From IMG/VR virus record IMGVR_UViG_3300029468_000001: a stretch of 64,000 bases of DNA. The stretch is one strand, 5' to 3'. The translations under genes and the position numbers were made by a program. Below the pieces are notes generated by a model that did no database searches, was not told the DNA's origin, and saw only the letters and a list, made by a program, of their open reading frames with translations. This DNA comes from a virus. Lineage: Duplodnaviria; Heunggongvirae; Uroviricota; Caudoviricetes. How positions within the stretch are numbered: position 1 is the stretch's first letter; every line of letters starts with the position of its first letter. Below are positions 1 through 9,770 of the stretch, piece by piece.

Positions 1-700
1 CATAATCTTCGAGATAAGATTTACTTAACCGCCTATATTTATATTTTGAATTCATGATCGTATCAATTACCTTCATATATTTCTTGCTCTTAAATCTCTC
101 AACGTGGTATTGAAAAATCTTTGCGCAATTTCTATTTCTCTTACATATAGCCCGTTGGCGTTCATACCATTGCAACAAATAACTGATTCTGCTCATTGCA
201 ACCGTACCTAATTTAGTATCTTCGTCCCTTATAAAGTGTCTTACATCGAGAATCTTTAAGTCATATTCTTTGATAAGATATTCCATGTTCTCAATATAAG
301 ATTCTCTATCAGAAACACATTCAATCACCATCTTAAAGAAATTTCCAATATTCACATGATTTACGGACATTTCTTTTTCTAAAGATGTTTCTCCATGATA
401 TGTATAAGGATTGTCATACTTAGGATTTCTTTGATAATCCTCATAATAATCATCGAGTTCTGTTAGTACATCATTGATATCATCTGGTAATGGTTCTTCA
501 ATTTGCTTAACAGGTACGCTAATTTCTGGGATAAGCTGCACATTAAAATGAAATTTCCGCATAGGTTTTGGAAGATTTCTAATAATGTTTCGTGCTTTAT
601 CTTCTGGAAATTGATCGGCAAGTACCTGACCGCACGTTTGTGGAGTACCATTTGAATCAAGTCGGATGTACTGTTTACCGTTAGTAATAAAACATTCCAA
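1..700 (-). CDS. hypothetical phage protein, 3' end outside the window
   Basis: GAAAGGAG RBS before TTG at 700; frame reads open toward the window edge (MECFITNGKQYIRLDS...). Confidence 0.65.
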   Translation of the reverse strand, partial: MECFITNGKQYIRLDSNGTPQTCGQVLADQFPEDKARNIIRNLPKPMRKFHFNVQLIPEISVPVKQIEEPLPDDINDVLTELDDYYEDYQRNPKYDNPYTYHGETSLEKEMSVNHVNIGNFFKMVIECVSDRESYIENMEYLIKEYDLKILDVRHFIRDEDTKLGTVAMSRISYLLQWYERQRAICKRNRNCAKIFQYHVERFKSKKYMKVIDTIMNSKYKYRRLSKSYLEDY

Positions 701-729
701 CTGTATCTCTCCTTTCATTTTTCTTTTAA

Positions 730-776
730 TGGAAACTATAGGACTTGAACCTATAACCATTCACTTATGAGGTGAA
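730..776 (-). pseudogene. 3' half of a tRNA with CAT anticodon
   Basis: Minus strand: TTCAC-CTCATAA-GTGAA anticodon arm, ATAGG-TTCAAGT-CCTAT T arm, AGTTTCCA end; no D arm or 5' acceptor strand. Confidence 0.7.
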
Positions 777-860
777 AGCTAGAATTAATAATATTTCGCT
801 TGACATTTTACCAAATAATCTAAACTAATTATTAACATAAAAGATTATTCCATTAATCTT

Positions 861-1045
861 CTATGTTGTGTTGTTTCTGACACTCCAACGGTTAAAGCAC
901 GTTGGGTTCTTATATACATGAACTTCCAAATATACTCGAAAGTATATAAGACTAATTCATTTCTATAAGACTTTCACTATCAATCATTCCTTTGAATGAA
1001 TTAACGATAGTATACGGCTCATGTCAAAACCGTTTTATAAAACTT
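861..1045 (-). ncRNA. predicted TnpB omegaRNA/reRNA; guide = flank AAACAACACAACATAG
   Basis: Non-coding right end downstream of tnpB up to TCAG; guide taken from flanking DNA per the established TnpB mechanism; 5' boundary uncertain. Confidence 0.6.
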
Positions 1046-2564
1046 TAAATTCCCATACTACTTAAAGTAGATGTATTACTCAATCTTTGTATTTCTATAT
1101 CATGAAGTACTTTAAAGTTATCAAATTTATCATTACATTTTTTTATATCAAAATTTTCTAAATCATCTGAAATATTCATTATCAAGAAAGCACTATATAA
1201 ATCTCTCTGAATTTTTATACCGTCCAAGTCATTCCACCTTTGAGATAAAGCTTTTTTATGATATTCTCCTGTCATATGATTAAACTGACTAGCTTTCGCC
1301 TTAACGGTGTTAATCTCAATCAATTCTAATTCATAATACAAAAGTTTTCTGTTAATAATTGTCATTAACATAGCAGGTGCTCGATTTGCAAGAGACTTCC
1401 CAAAACGTTTCTTTCGTTTAAACTTTCCAGAATCATCCTTTTCAGTTTTAGTAGATTGCTTTTGTAGTCCAGCAAAATTCATCTGCTCTACATAAATATT
1501 ATTTCCAAGAGATATAATATAGTTTGCCAAACATTCATGTTGATATTTTCGTATATCTGCTTGTTTTCTATATAATTCTTTCAATTGATTTTGATATTTT
1601 ATATAATGATTTGATTTATGCCAAATAACTTTTTTATTTCCCTGTTTTTTAATTGTTCCGTCTTCGTTATAATTTTCTGGATTTGTAGACCGTCTACTTC
1701 TATCCATTTTTCTCAATAATCGACATTTTTCATCTTCAATATTCTGTACTTTATCAGCTAAAATCAGAAGTTTCACATCTGTTTTACTGGAAATAGCAAT
1801 AGTAGAAGTACCAATATCTAAACCAACATCACCACTACCTAAAAAATGTTTAATCTCACCAGTTTCTGTATTGATTTTTGTTGGTGGGATTCCTTTAAAA
1901 ACTACTTGGACATAGAATTTATATTTATTGTGAATAAACTTTCTAATGATACGACAATAGGAAATTTCAGATTGCATTGCCTGGTATTCATATGGATTAT
2001 CCCAATCAATAACAACTAGAATATTTAATCCGTTCCATACTAAACGATCATTTACTAAACGAATCCCTGTAGAATTAGATTTTCCTTCCAATGAATTCAT
2101 ATCTCCATATTTCTTGTAATAAACTCGTTTACCGTTTCCGTAAAACAACTTATCATAAGATTTCCAAAGTGTAGTAGCAATCTTTTGTGCGGTAAAAGAA
2201 TCAATATTCTTCTTAAAATGTTTTTGCATTTCTTTGACATCAGCATGAAGTGAATATTCTGTTAAACCATATTCTTTTCGTATCTGATCAATTTGTTTCC
2301 AAATCGACTTATCAAATTTTTTATTTCCAGTTAACGTTGACATTAGATTTCTATATTTCTTTGTTTTAATCATTTCTCTATATCTTTTCTGTGAAATAGT
2401 AACTAAAGAATTATAAATTTTTCTTCCAATTTCAAAGCGTTTATTTAAAATATTTTCCTGATATATCTCTGTTTTTAATGGAAATTGAACCACAAAATTT
2501 GCCGCAATATTCACCTCACTTTCTATCCCACACCTAAAGGGTGAGCTTTTCGCTTCATTTCTTT
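877..2564 (-). mobile_element. IS200/IS605-family solo-tnpB (IS1341-like) element
   Basis: Left end: flanking TTAC (2565-2568) and AAAG guide before the CTCACC..TGTGGG hairpin; right end: GAAC guide, CCAACG/CGTTGG hairpin, terminal TCAG; joined flanks restore GTGTTGTTTGTAA. Confidence 0.85.
1045..2514 (-). CDS. tnpB: TnpB RNA-guided endonuclease
   Basis: RuvC motifs GLDIG, YVEQM, QRDLYSA; IS605-type ends. Confidence 0.88.
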   Translation of the reverse strand: MNIAANFVVQFPLKTEIYQENILNKRFEIGRKIYNSLVTISQKRYREMIKTKKYRNLMSTLTGNKKFDKSIWKQIDQIRKEYGLTEYSLHADVKEMQKHFKKNIDSFTAQKIATTLWKSYDKLFYGNGKRVYYKKYGDMNSLEGKSNSTGIRLVNDRLVWNGLNILVVIDWDNPYEYQAMQSEISYCRIIRKFIHNKYKFYVQVVFKGIPPTKINTETGEIKHFLGSGDVGLDIGTSTIAISSKTDVKLLILADKVQNIEDEKCRLLRKMDRSRRSTNPENYNEDGTIKKQGNKKVIWHKSNHYIKYQNQLKELYRKQADIRKYQHECLANYIISLGNNIYVEQMNFAGLQKQSTKTEKDDSGKFKRKKRFGKSLANRAPAMLMTIINRKLLYYELELIEINTVKAKASQFNHMTGEYHKKALSQRWNDLDGIKIQRDLYSAFLIMNISDDLENFDIKKCNDKFDNFKVLHDIEIQRLSNTSTLSSMGI

Positions 2565-2674
2565 GTAATTAATTGGAACAATCGCAGAATTGCTAGACTT
2601 TTATCTTGACTTTTAAACTAAAAAGACTTAAACTAAAAATGTATAGCAAGAGGTTGTACCAATCTCTGTTATAT

Positions 2675-2696
2675 GTGTTGTTTGTAAGGTTCTTAT
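2675..2696 (-). repeat. conserved leader motif ATAAGAAYYTTACAAACAACAC (also 11172-11193, 20149-20170; partial copy split by the TnpB element)
   Basis: Three near-identical 22-mers in intergenic positions. Confidence 0.8.
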
Positions 2697-2760
2697 CTCA
2701 TATGGTGCGCCAACACCGAGATAAGAACCTTGCTTTTTATTCTCTTGTGAAGATGTTTAT

Positions 2761-2810
2761 ATCATATACCAAACATCCGTTCGTGTCAATACTTACCAGA
2801 ACATTTGTTT
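2761..2810 (-). promoter_or_regulatory. SigA promoter overlapped by LexA (SOS) boxes
   Basis: TTGACA(2784-2789)-17-TATGAT(2761-2766); GAAC-N4-GTTY-like boxes at 2771-2782 and 2799-2810. Confidence 0.75.
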
Positions 2811-2834
2811 GTATTTTTTCAAATTTATTAAAAA

Positions 2835-3113
2835 TTACAATTTTCGTATTCCCTTCTCAGCAAATAATATTGTTTTCTCTTTATTTTTATCTTGCGTTTT
2901 TAACGTAGACATTATAAAGTTTTTATTATATGTTATCGGAAGTCCTGTTGTAATAGCTTTAATCCCACAAGTTACACTTATTGGAATAGCTTCACAATCA
3001 GGCGATCTCGTATCTAAATCAAATGAGGAAAATAACACATTTTCGCCACCGTTTTTCTTATACTCAGTTAACAATTTTATAGCTTCATCTACGGACACAA
3101 TTCTTCCACTCAT
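2835..3113 (-). CDS. hypothetical protein
   Basis: ORF overlaps the stop of the MazF-like gene; GGAGG RBS. Confidence 0.65.
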   Translation of the reverse strand: MSGRIVSVDEAIKLLTEYKKNGGENVLFSSFDLDTRSPDCEAIPISVTCGIKAITTGLPITYNKNFIMSTLKTQDKNKEKTILFAEKGIRKL

Positions 3114-3499
3114 GCTAATTCCTCCACTCTGATTTTCTTTTTACCATATAAGTTTGCAAGGAAACATTTTTCTACTAAAAGCCTATCCTCTTCATTGTCA
3201 ATGTTTCCCCATTTTTCTACTACGTCACGTTTATCAATGGTGAAAATCTGTTCCCCTAAAACCATTGAGTCACATTTTAAACCATTAGATTTACTAGCTT
3301 TAATTACTTCGTGAGTGGGCTGCTCAACCTTTTTAATTTTACTGGTTAAGCACATGACAATCAAAGTAGGAGCAAACTTATTTCCAGAATCATTCTGGAT
3401 TACAACAACAGGTCTTTCGATCTGCTGAACGTGTGATTTAGCTGATGTATTAACATTTGTTTTGACATAAAGAATATCAAATATATTAAACTCCATCAT
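3110..3499 (-). CDS. PemK/MazF-family endoribonuclease-like protein
   Basis: RPVVVIQNDSGN...LTSK...EQIFTIDK motifs. Confidence 0.85.
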   Translation of the reverse strand: MMEFNIFDILYVKTNVNTSAKSHVQQIERPVVVIQNDSGNKFAPTLIVMCLTSKIKKVEQPTHEVIKASKSNGLKCDSMVLGEQIFTIDKRDVVEKWGNIDNEEDRLLVEKCFLANLYGKKKIRVEELA

Positions 3500-3650
3500 A
3501 TCGTGTGCAGCTCCTTTCTTTATCTTATGAGCCTATTATATTACTCTTTAGATTAGATGTCAAGATATAATCTAAAGATTTAATCTATAAATCAATTTAT
3601 TTATCTCAAGTTCTATGCTATAATACAATTTAGATACGGAGGGATGTATT

Positions 3651-4052
3651 ATGATGAAACTTGAGGTTAAAAGGTATGTAGATGAGAATTATAAAAACAT
3701 TAATCAATTTGCTGTCGCACTTGGAATAGGCTACCAAGCAGCTTGTAAAATCTACAATGGCGAAACTACAAAAATCGCATTTGATACACTTGAAAAAATG
3801 TGCGAATTATTTAATTGTACCCCAAATGATTTATTAATTTCAACTAAGCAACCGCAAAAGAAAAAGAATATAATTAGGGTTTATCATTCACAAAATCAGA
3901 AAAATAATAAAAATAATACTGACGCTTATGTATCTGACTCTAATAATGAACTCAAAAAGGCAATAGACAAAGCAACGCCAAATATAAATCAAATATTCTA
4001 TAATATAATGTTGGATGTATTAAACTCAAACAAGAAGGACGATGATAAATAA
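3651..4052 (+). CDS. Xre/Cro-C1 HTH regulator (candidate repressor)
   Basis: HTH ending TLEKMCELFNCTPNDLL; divergent from the MazF-like gene. Confidence 0.8.
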   Translation: MMKLEVKRYVDENYKNINQFAVALGIGYQAACKIYNGETTKIAFDTLEKMCELFNCTPNDLLISTKQPQKKKNIIRVYHSQNQKNNKNNTDAYVSDSNNELKKAIDKATPNINQIFYNIMLDVLNSNKKDDDK

Positions 4053-4105
4053 TCATCGCCCATACATACGCAACATAAAATTTAAAAAAACAACCTTTCA
4101 TCTAA

Positions 4106-4639
4106 TCATTCCAAATCGTCAATAAGTTTCTTTACACGTTCAATCTCTTCTGCTGTATGTGGTGTTCCACCAGCGTTCATATCAATATACCATTGCAATA
4201 CTTCTCGTTCTGTCTTTAAATCATTCACATTCAATTTTACAGTATGACTATTTAACATCGCTAAATCCGTATACTCATTGAAATATGATCCAAATACTTT
4301 GATTTCGTTATTGATAAATCTGCAAATAGCAGTCAATCTTTGCAATCCATCTACACACACAAAATCATTGTATGCTCCATCTGGAACAGACCAATGCCAT
4401 GATGGGCAATTAAAGTATATGATATTTCCGCTTTTACCACCTTTAAGAAAGAACTCCAACCATGCAATCTGCTGTTCCTCTGTCCATACATGTCCTCTCT
4501 GGAAATCTGGATTAAGCTGCAAGTTCATATCTTCTTCCATATCTTTAATCCATCTAGGAACTCTGCTTATATTTACATCGCATTGGTAGTTACCATCTCT
4601 TGTAAATTGTGGTATATCCTTAAATTTTGTATACTTCAT
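4106..4639 (-). CDS. DUF262 (ParB-like) domain protein
   Basis: PDFQRGHVW and VDGLQRLT motifs; start placed at MKYTKF. Confidence 0.8.
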   Translation of the reverse strand: MKYTKFKDIPQFTRDGNYQCDVNISRVPRWIKDMEEDMNLQLNPDFQRGHVWTEEQQIAWLEFFLKGGKSGNIIYFNCPSWHWSVPDGAYNDFVCVDGLQRLTAICRFINNEIKVFGSYFNEYTDLAMLNSHTVKLNVNDLKTEREVLQWYIDMNAGGTPHTAEEIERVKKLIDDLE

Positions 4640-4821
4640 GATATAATCCTTTCTGCTCTCAATGTTGTTTCTATCGCAATAACGGTACACCCAATAACTT
4701 TTGCTATCTCTTCAAACGATTTGCCATCTTTATACATTTTCTTAATATTTTCAATATCATTATAAGTAAACCAATTTCCCAATTGTATCACCTCACTTGA
4801 AAGCTAGATTTCAGTATTGCA

Positions 4822-5214
4822 TTATTCAATTCTAATCTCTGTCACACTACCATGCATTTCGTCATACAATTGCGAAGCAATAGTCTCCAAATCATCAAAA
4901 TAATAATCCCATAAATCACATTGAAATCCATCTGGTGTGTCATTAATATAATATGTCGTGTCTAAATCCGTATCAATTGCCACAACAATACTATCGAATC
5001 CACGTTTCTCTGCATCTACATACGCAGATGTAACTTGTTCTAAAAACTCATCCTGATCCATCTGTTCTTCTAATAAATCATATCCTACACTAATATTTTG
5101 ATTAGCGTATTCATCTGCAAATTTTTCCAAATCTTCTTCCGTTTTTACCCATTCTGGAACTGTAACAATATCTTCACCGCTTAATTCTACCCATACTTTT
5201 ATTTTCTTAACCAT
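4822..5214 (-). CDS. hypothetical acidic protein (cassette-like)
   Basis: GGAGG RBS right after the 5228 site; bounded by two junction sites. Confidence 0.7.
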   Translation of the reverse strand: MVKKIKVWVELSGEDIVTVPEWVKTEEDLEKFADEYANQNISVGYDLLEEQMDQDEFLEQVTSAYVDAEKRGFDSIVVAIDTDLDTTYYINDTPDGFQCDLWDYYFDDLETIASQLYDEMHGSVTEIRIE

Positions 5215-5243
5215 TTTTATTCCTCCATGAAAGTCGAAATTCA

Positions 5244-5626
5244 TTATAATATCTTATTCCACAATGATACTTTAACAATTTCATCTATTTCTTTATCTGT
5301 AATTGATAACAATTTCTTAACTTTTTTTCTACCTATATCTGAAAACATAACGCTTCCATATAAGCATCCATAGATATCAACAAATGTCTTTCTTTTAATA
5401 TAGGTATTCTCTTTAATCTTCCAAGATGATCGTCCTCTTCCATAACGCACATTCGCATATTATTTTTTACTACAATATAAATAACTTCGTAAATGTCTAA
5501 TTTCTCACCAGGTTCTCTGTTATCATAATAATTGATAAGTTCATTAATATCTTCTTTATGTCCCACAAAAAACAATTTTCCATCTGGAAATCCAATAGAA
5601 AAAGTACCTATATTAAGCATATTCAC
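5244..5626 (-). pseudogene. probably frameshifted small gene
   Basis: Two overlapping ORFs (5333-5626, 5244-5450) between two junction sites with one RBS. Confidence 0.45.
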
Positions 5627-6241
5627 ACCTCCATAAAATCAGTCTTTCATCTTGTTTTATCACAAATAATTTATTCCACAAACATGATAATATGAATGTA
5701 TTCTTCTTGATAATTCATTTTTAAAAGTTTATCTTTAAATTCTCTTGCTTGCTCTAATGACATAATTTCACTTAACATATAATTACCTGTATATGGTTTA
5801 TACAATACCCTATATTCTTCCATTCTAACTCCTTGCCTCACTCTTTACCGTACTTCTCAGCACATTCCAAACAATAAAATTGATCTTCTTCACCGTCATA
5901 ATACCCATTGCCATAATTTCCATTGGTACATACAATTTCATTATCATCTCTTTTTTCTTCTGTAAATAGAAATATTCCACATTTACAACAATAAATATCG
6001 TTTACCCAACACATTCTACTGTACCTACTTTCTTCAATATTTTCGTCACTTCACTTACACTTATGCAGAATCTTTTCGCAACGTCTTTCTTGTCACCACT
6101 TCTATTATAAGCATTTACAACATCTTCATATGTATATTCTTTCTCAACAGGTTCATTCATTACGCTATCCATAACCTATACTCCTCCATATTCTTTCTAT
6201 AATATACTTCTCTGTAAATCTCATATAATACCTCTATTCTA

Positions 6242-7285
6242 TCATGATACACGCATAGATTCTACCTTAGAAAGTAAGTTTTTAAGTGTATCAGCGTCTA
6301 CTTCCACATTAGTTTCTCTACCAGACTTGATTGCTTCTAACAGAATATCTCTTAAATCGTTAGTTTTCATAGCAATTACCGGAGCATTGTCAATAGCAGA
6401 TTTTACACCGTTATCTATATCTTCAATTCTTTGCGCAACACTATTAAAACATTTTCTTGCCTTTTCTCGCATAACACCGATATATCGTTTCGTTGTCTCA
6501 GTGTCCGTATGTCCATATACAGTTTGTAAAATACCCAAACAATCAGGATCATATTTATTAATCTCATGCGCAATATAGCCAAAACTCTTTCTTAAAGAAT
6601 GGGTACTTACATTCTCAATGCCTAGATAATCAGCTGCTTTTTTAAACTGGTGTCTATATGAAGCTGCCTGTTTCTTAACTTCCCTATCGTATTCGTCCTT
6701 GCTTTTTGCATAAGTCTTTGATTCTCTAGGAAAAATATCTTCGTTTAAATGTTCTAATGGATTAATATTCTCCATAGAACAATACTCATCAATATATTTC
6801 CATGTGACATTAGAGACAGAAATATCAATTGTTTTATCTGTCTTCTGTTCAATCAAAGTATTTAATACTTCTTTTCTTCTTCCATTCTCATAGTAAAAGT
6901 CACTCCATTTTAATGATAAAATGTCTCCGATACGTCTTGCTAACAGGAATCCAAACATCGTAATTAAAAATTCCTGGTGATAATGATTATTTCTAAAGTA
7001 GTCAATCATATTCTTAATATCTTCTTCTCTATAGAACGGATCAACTTCTGTTTTCCCACGCTTCTTAGTTTTCATTGTAATTTCTGATACAAGATATTCT
7101 CCATCATCAGACATATATTTAATCCATATCTGTGATTTATTATTAGAATATTTCAATGTATCAATATCATCATCTTCTGTTTCAATTGGAAAATACTTAT
7201 TTTCTTCTAATACCGAATCAATTTCTTCTAATGATAACACATGATCCAAAAGTCTTTCTCTAATATCATCAATCATCTTTGCCAT
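6242..7285 (-). CDS. tyrosine recombinase/integrase
   Basis: ARRIGD (R), EQKT (K), HSLRK, YGH, TKRYIG (Y): catalytic set intact. Confidence 0.9.
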   Translation of the reverse strand: MAKMIDDIRERLLDHVLSLEEIDSVLEENKYFPIETEDDDIDTLKYSNNKSQIWIKYMSDDGEYLVSEITMKTKKRGKTEVDPFYREEDIKNMIDYFRNNHYHQEFLITMFGFLLARRIGDILSLKWSDFYYENGRRKEVLNTLIEQKTDKTIDISVSNVTWKYIDEYCSMENINPLEHLNEDIFPRESKTYAKSKDEYDREVKKQAASYRHQFKKAADYLGIENVSTHSLRKSFGYIAHEINKYDPDCLGILQTVYGHTDTETTKRYIGVMREKARKCFNSVAQRIEDIDNGVKSAIDNAPVIAMKTNDLRDILLEAIKSGRETNVEVDADTLKNLLSKVESMRVS

Positions 7286-7287
7286 GG

Positions 7288-7473
7288 CTAGTACACCTCA
7301 CTCTTCCTTATCTTCTCTATTTTCTCTTTCTTCTTGTTAAGATGTCGCACTTTTGCCCTTGGTCTGTACTTGTCACATTTCTGGCAATAATGCCAATGGT
7401 TTGCATCTCTACCTTTCTTACATTCACCCATACAGATATAGTACAGGCAAGGTATTTCTCTGTCTTTTGCCAT
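7288..7473 (-). CDS. small Cys-rich protein
   Basis: Multiple Cys/His; GGAGG RBS; directly upstream of the recombinase. Confidence 0.65.
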   Translation of the reverse strand: MAKDREIPCLYYICMGECKKGRDANHWHYCQKCDKYRPRAKVRHLNKKKEKIEKIRKSEVY

Positions 7474-7564
7474 ATTGGTTTCCTCCTATGTTTTTATAAC
7501 TACTTCTTTTGTCAAGAGAAGTATAGAACTTGCTTAACGCATATACAGCGTTAATAATATGTAT

Positions 7565-8473
7565 TTAGCTTACCATTGGTGTTTGTCCTACCATTTCAGT
7601 AGGTGATTTATCGTATGATTCACATAATGCAGCGAATGTTTTAAGAACTTTACTCCATTCATCTTCCTTAATCCATTGAAGATATGGAGATTTACCACGT
7701 TGTTTTAACGCAATTCCGTATTTGTACTGCAAGTTTCTATATAGCTCATTCCACATATCAGGGTAGCGATTATGTGTTACAAGAGCAAGTTTTCTAATTC
7801 CTGCATTAAGAACACTTCTGTCTTTCCATTCAAGAATATCCCCTGCAAGGGCTTTATTATCTTTCTCCAACTTGTCAATATGTCGATTCTTAAATGCAAT
7901 TAATTTTGATGTTGCTACCGCCGCTGCACTTGGATCACCGCTTGATATTGCCATCCCAACTTCTAACATAAGTTTCTGTTCTTCTGTAATATCAATAATT
8001 TTGGTTTCGGATGAAGTCTTTTCTTCTATGTTAAGAAGTTGTGTTCTGACTTCTTTTGCTACATCAGATTGTTGTAATAACATTCCGATTCTTAAAACAG
8101 CTCTTCTACTAAACGCTTTAAGCCCACGATTATTAATTGTGATGATTTGTCCATCCTCAAAAATATATGTAACGGAAGTTTGTTTCTTTTCAACGGAAGT
8201 AATATTTAGTTTACTTCCGTCATAATAACTTCTTGGGAACATCTCAACACCATCTAAATCAATTTCACCTTTATTATTAGAATATAAAATCTTTATATAT
8301 TCCGGTGTTACTTCATAATAATCTGCAACTTGATCAATAGACATCATATCTGTTCCAGGTAAAAGCAATAATTGTTTTACCTTTTCAAGAACTTCATAAT
8401 GATTAACGCACTTATCTCTAAGTGTTCTATCGTTACATAGTGGGCTTTCATCTTGATTTTTAATTCTACTCAT
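7565..8473 (-). CDS. phage antirepressor-like DNA-binding protein
   Basis: RAVLRIGMLLQQSDVAKEVRTQLL motif typical of phage antirepressor-like proteins. Confidence 0.6.
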   Translation of the reverse strand: MSRIKNQDESPLCNDRTLRDKCVNHYEVLEKVKQLLLLPGTDMMSIDQVADYYEVTPEYIKILYSNNKGEIDLDGVEMFPRSYYDGSKLNITSVEKKQTSVTYIFEDGQIITINNRGLKAFSRRAVLRIGMLLQQSDVAKEVRTQLLNIEEKTSSETKIIDITEEQKLMLEVGMAISSGDPSAAAVATSKLIAFKNRHIDKLEKDNKALAGDILEWKDRSVLNAGIRKLALVTHNRYPDMWNELYRNLQYKYGIALKQRGKSPYLQWIKEDEWSKVLKTFAALCESYDKSPTEMVGQTPMVS

Positions 8474-8616
8474 ATTAAAATCCTTTCGTATGTAAAATTG
8501 TTAATAGTTACTTCTAAACAGTATTTCTCCATTTAGTTTGTAAATATTTGCAATCACATAAGCGATCATTTCAATATTTAGTTATCAAGGTACAATTTAT
8601 GTATGGAAAATATGAC

Positions 8617-8727
8617 TTGAAATAGTCCTAGGAATGTAATATAATGAAAAAGACTAGAACTTTGGTTCAAGTTGTTGTAGTGTAGGTTGTCGCTTTGGTC
8701 GGTTGAGAACCTACACTATTTTATTTT
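8617..8727 (+). ncRNA. candidate antisense sRNA (promoter plus terminator)
   Basis: TTGAAA-17-TATAAT (8617-8645); stem 8678-8688/8708-8718 followed by T-tract. Confidence 0.5.
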
Positions 8728-8945
8728 CCACTATGGAAATACTTCATTTCCAGTTTAAAATCTTCATTAATATAACCTTGCATAAATCGTTCCAATACTA
8801 TATTAATTGGAAGTTTTTCTGCTTTGCATTTTTCTTTAAACTGTTCAAGTATTTCTGCATCAATGGAAGTATTAAAAGCCTTCTTCATAATGCTTACCTC
8901 CTTTGATATTGTCATTATACATCTACATGTTGTTATTGTCAACAT
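8721..8945 (-). CDS. small ribbon-helix-helix-like protein (true start probably MKKAFNT)
   Basis: Similar to 16164-16346; beta-alpha-alpha pattern. Confidence 0.6.
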   Translation of the reverse strand: MLTITTCRCIMTISKEVSIMKKAFNTSIDAEILEQFKEKCKAEKLPINIVLERFMQGYINEDFKLEMKYFHSGK

Positions 8946-9208
8946 ATTAATTTGGTTTTACAACAAAAAATACCACTAAATTTTTATTTTTAGTGGTATT
9001 TTTCCGATGAAATGTCTGTTTTAACTATTATGTTTTATTACGATTTTCTTTCCACAAATCGGACAATACTTTATTTTCTTATTAAACCCATCTATACCAA
9101 AATCATACCTACAACAAGTAGTTATACCATCAACCATCATAGTTGTTTCTTTCTTTTTATCTTCCATTTGCACACCAGCTTTCTATATATATGAAACAAT
9201 CTTTCATT

Positions 9209-9472
9209 TTATTCTCTAATTGTTTTGTAATAACTTCCAAACCAGACATGCACCGGAGGATTTTTAGCTCCTGGCATTAAAGAACCGCTTATCATTTCCA
9301 TACATTGACCAGAATCATTCCAATCATCTGATTCCATTTCTTTTTTATGTTCCATCTTTTCTTTTTCTGAATCATAATAATACTGTTCTATAAACTCTGT
9401 ATATTTATCTATGCAGTTATCTCCGTCCCATATAAATTTTGTTGTATTATTTTTCATTTTAATTCTTTTCAC
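9209..9472 (-). CDS. hypothetical protein
   Basis: ORF between junction-like sites. Confidence 0.6.
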   Translation of the reverse strand: MKRIKMKNNTTKFIWDGDNCIDKYTEFIEQYYYDSEKEKMEHKKEMESDDWNDSGQCMEMISGSLMPGAKNPPVHVWFGSYYKTIRE

Positions 9473-9509
9473 GTAATCAGCTCCATTCTATATTAAAAAC
9501 AACTTAATC

Positions 9510-9746
9510 TCATAACATTACACATAGATTTTTCCCATAATATTCTCTTCTTATATGAGGAACATCATTATCAATTTTCGACAATTCAACTTTTTCAAAA
9601 GTTATATTTTTGCAACCATCCATAGTTCTGTTGCCAAATCTATTTTTAGTACATTCAATTCCATTTAATGATTCCTCAACCATAACAAAAGTCACTTCTC
9701 GTAAATGTTTGATTTTTTGTGTTTCTTCATACGTCATATAAATCAT
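9510..9746 (-). CDS. hypothetical protein
   Basis: ORF with RBS after the 9758 site. Confidence 0.6.
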   Translation of the reverse strand: MIYMTYEETQKIKHLREVTFVMVEESLNGIECTKNRFGNRTMDGCKNITFEKVELSKIDNDVPHIRREYYGKNLCVML

Positions 9747-9770
9747 ATCCTTTACAATGAAAGCAATTTT

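Noticed and set aside
1045..2514. Cas12f/type V CRISPR effector or nuclease-dead TldR
   Set aside because: No array nearby, clear IS605-type ends, and all three RuvC acidic residues are present.
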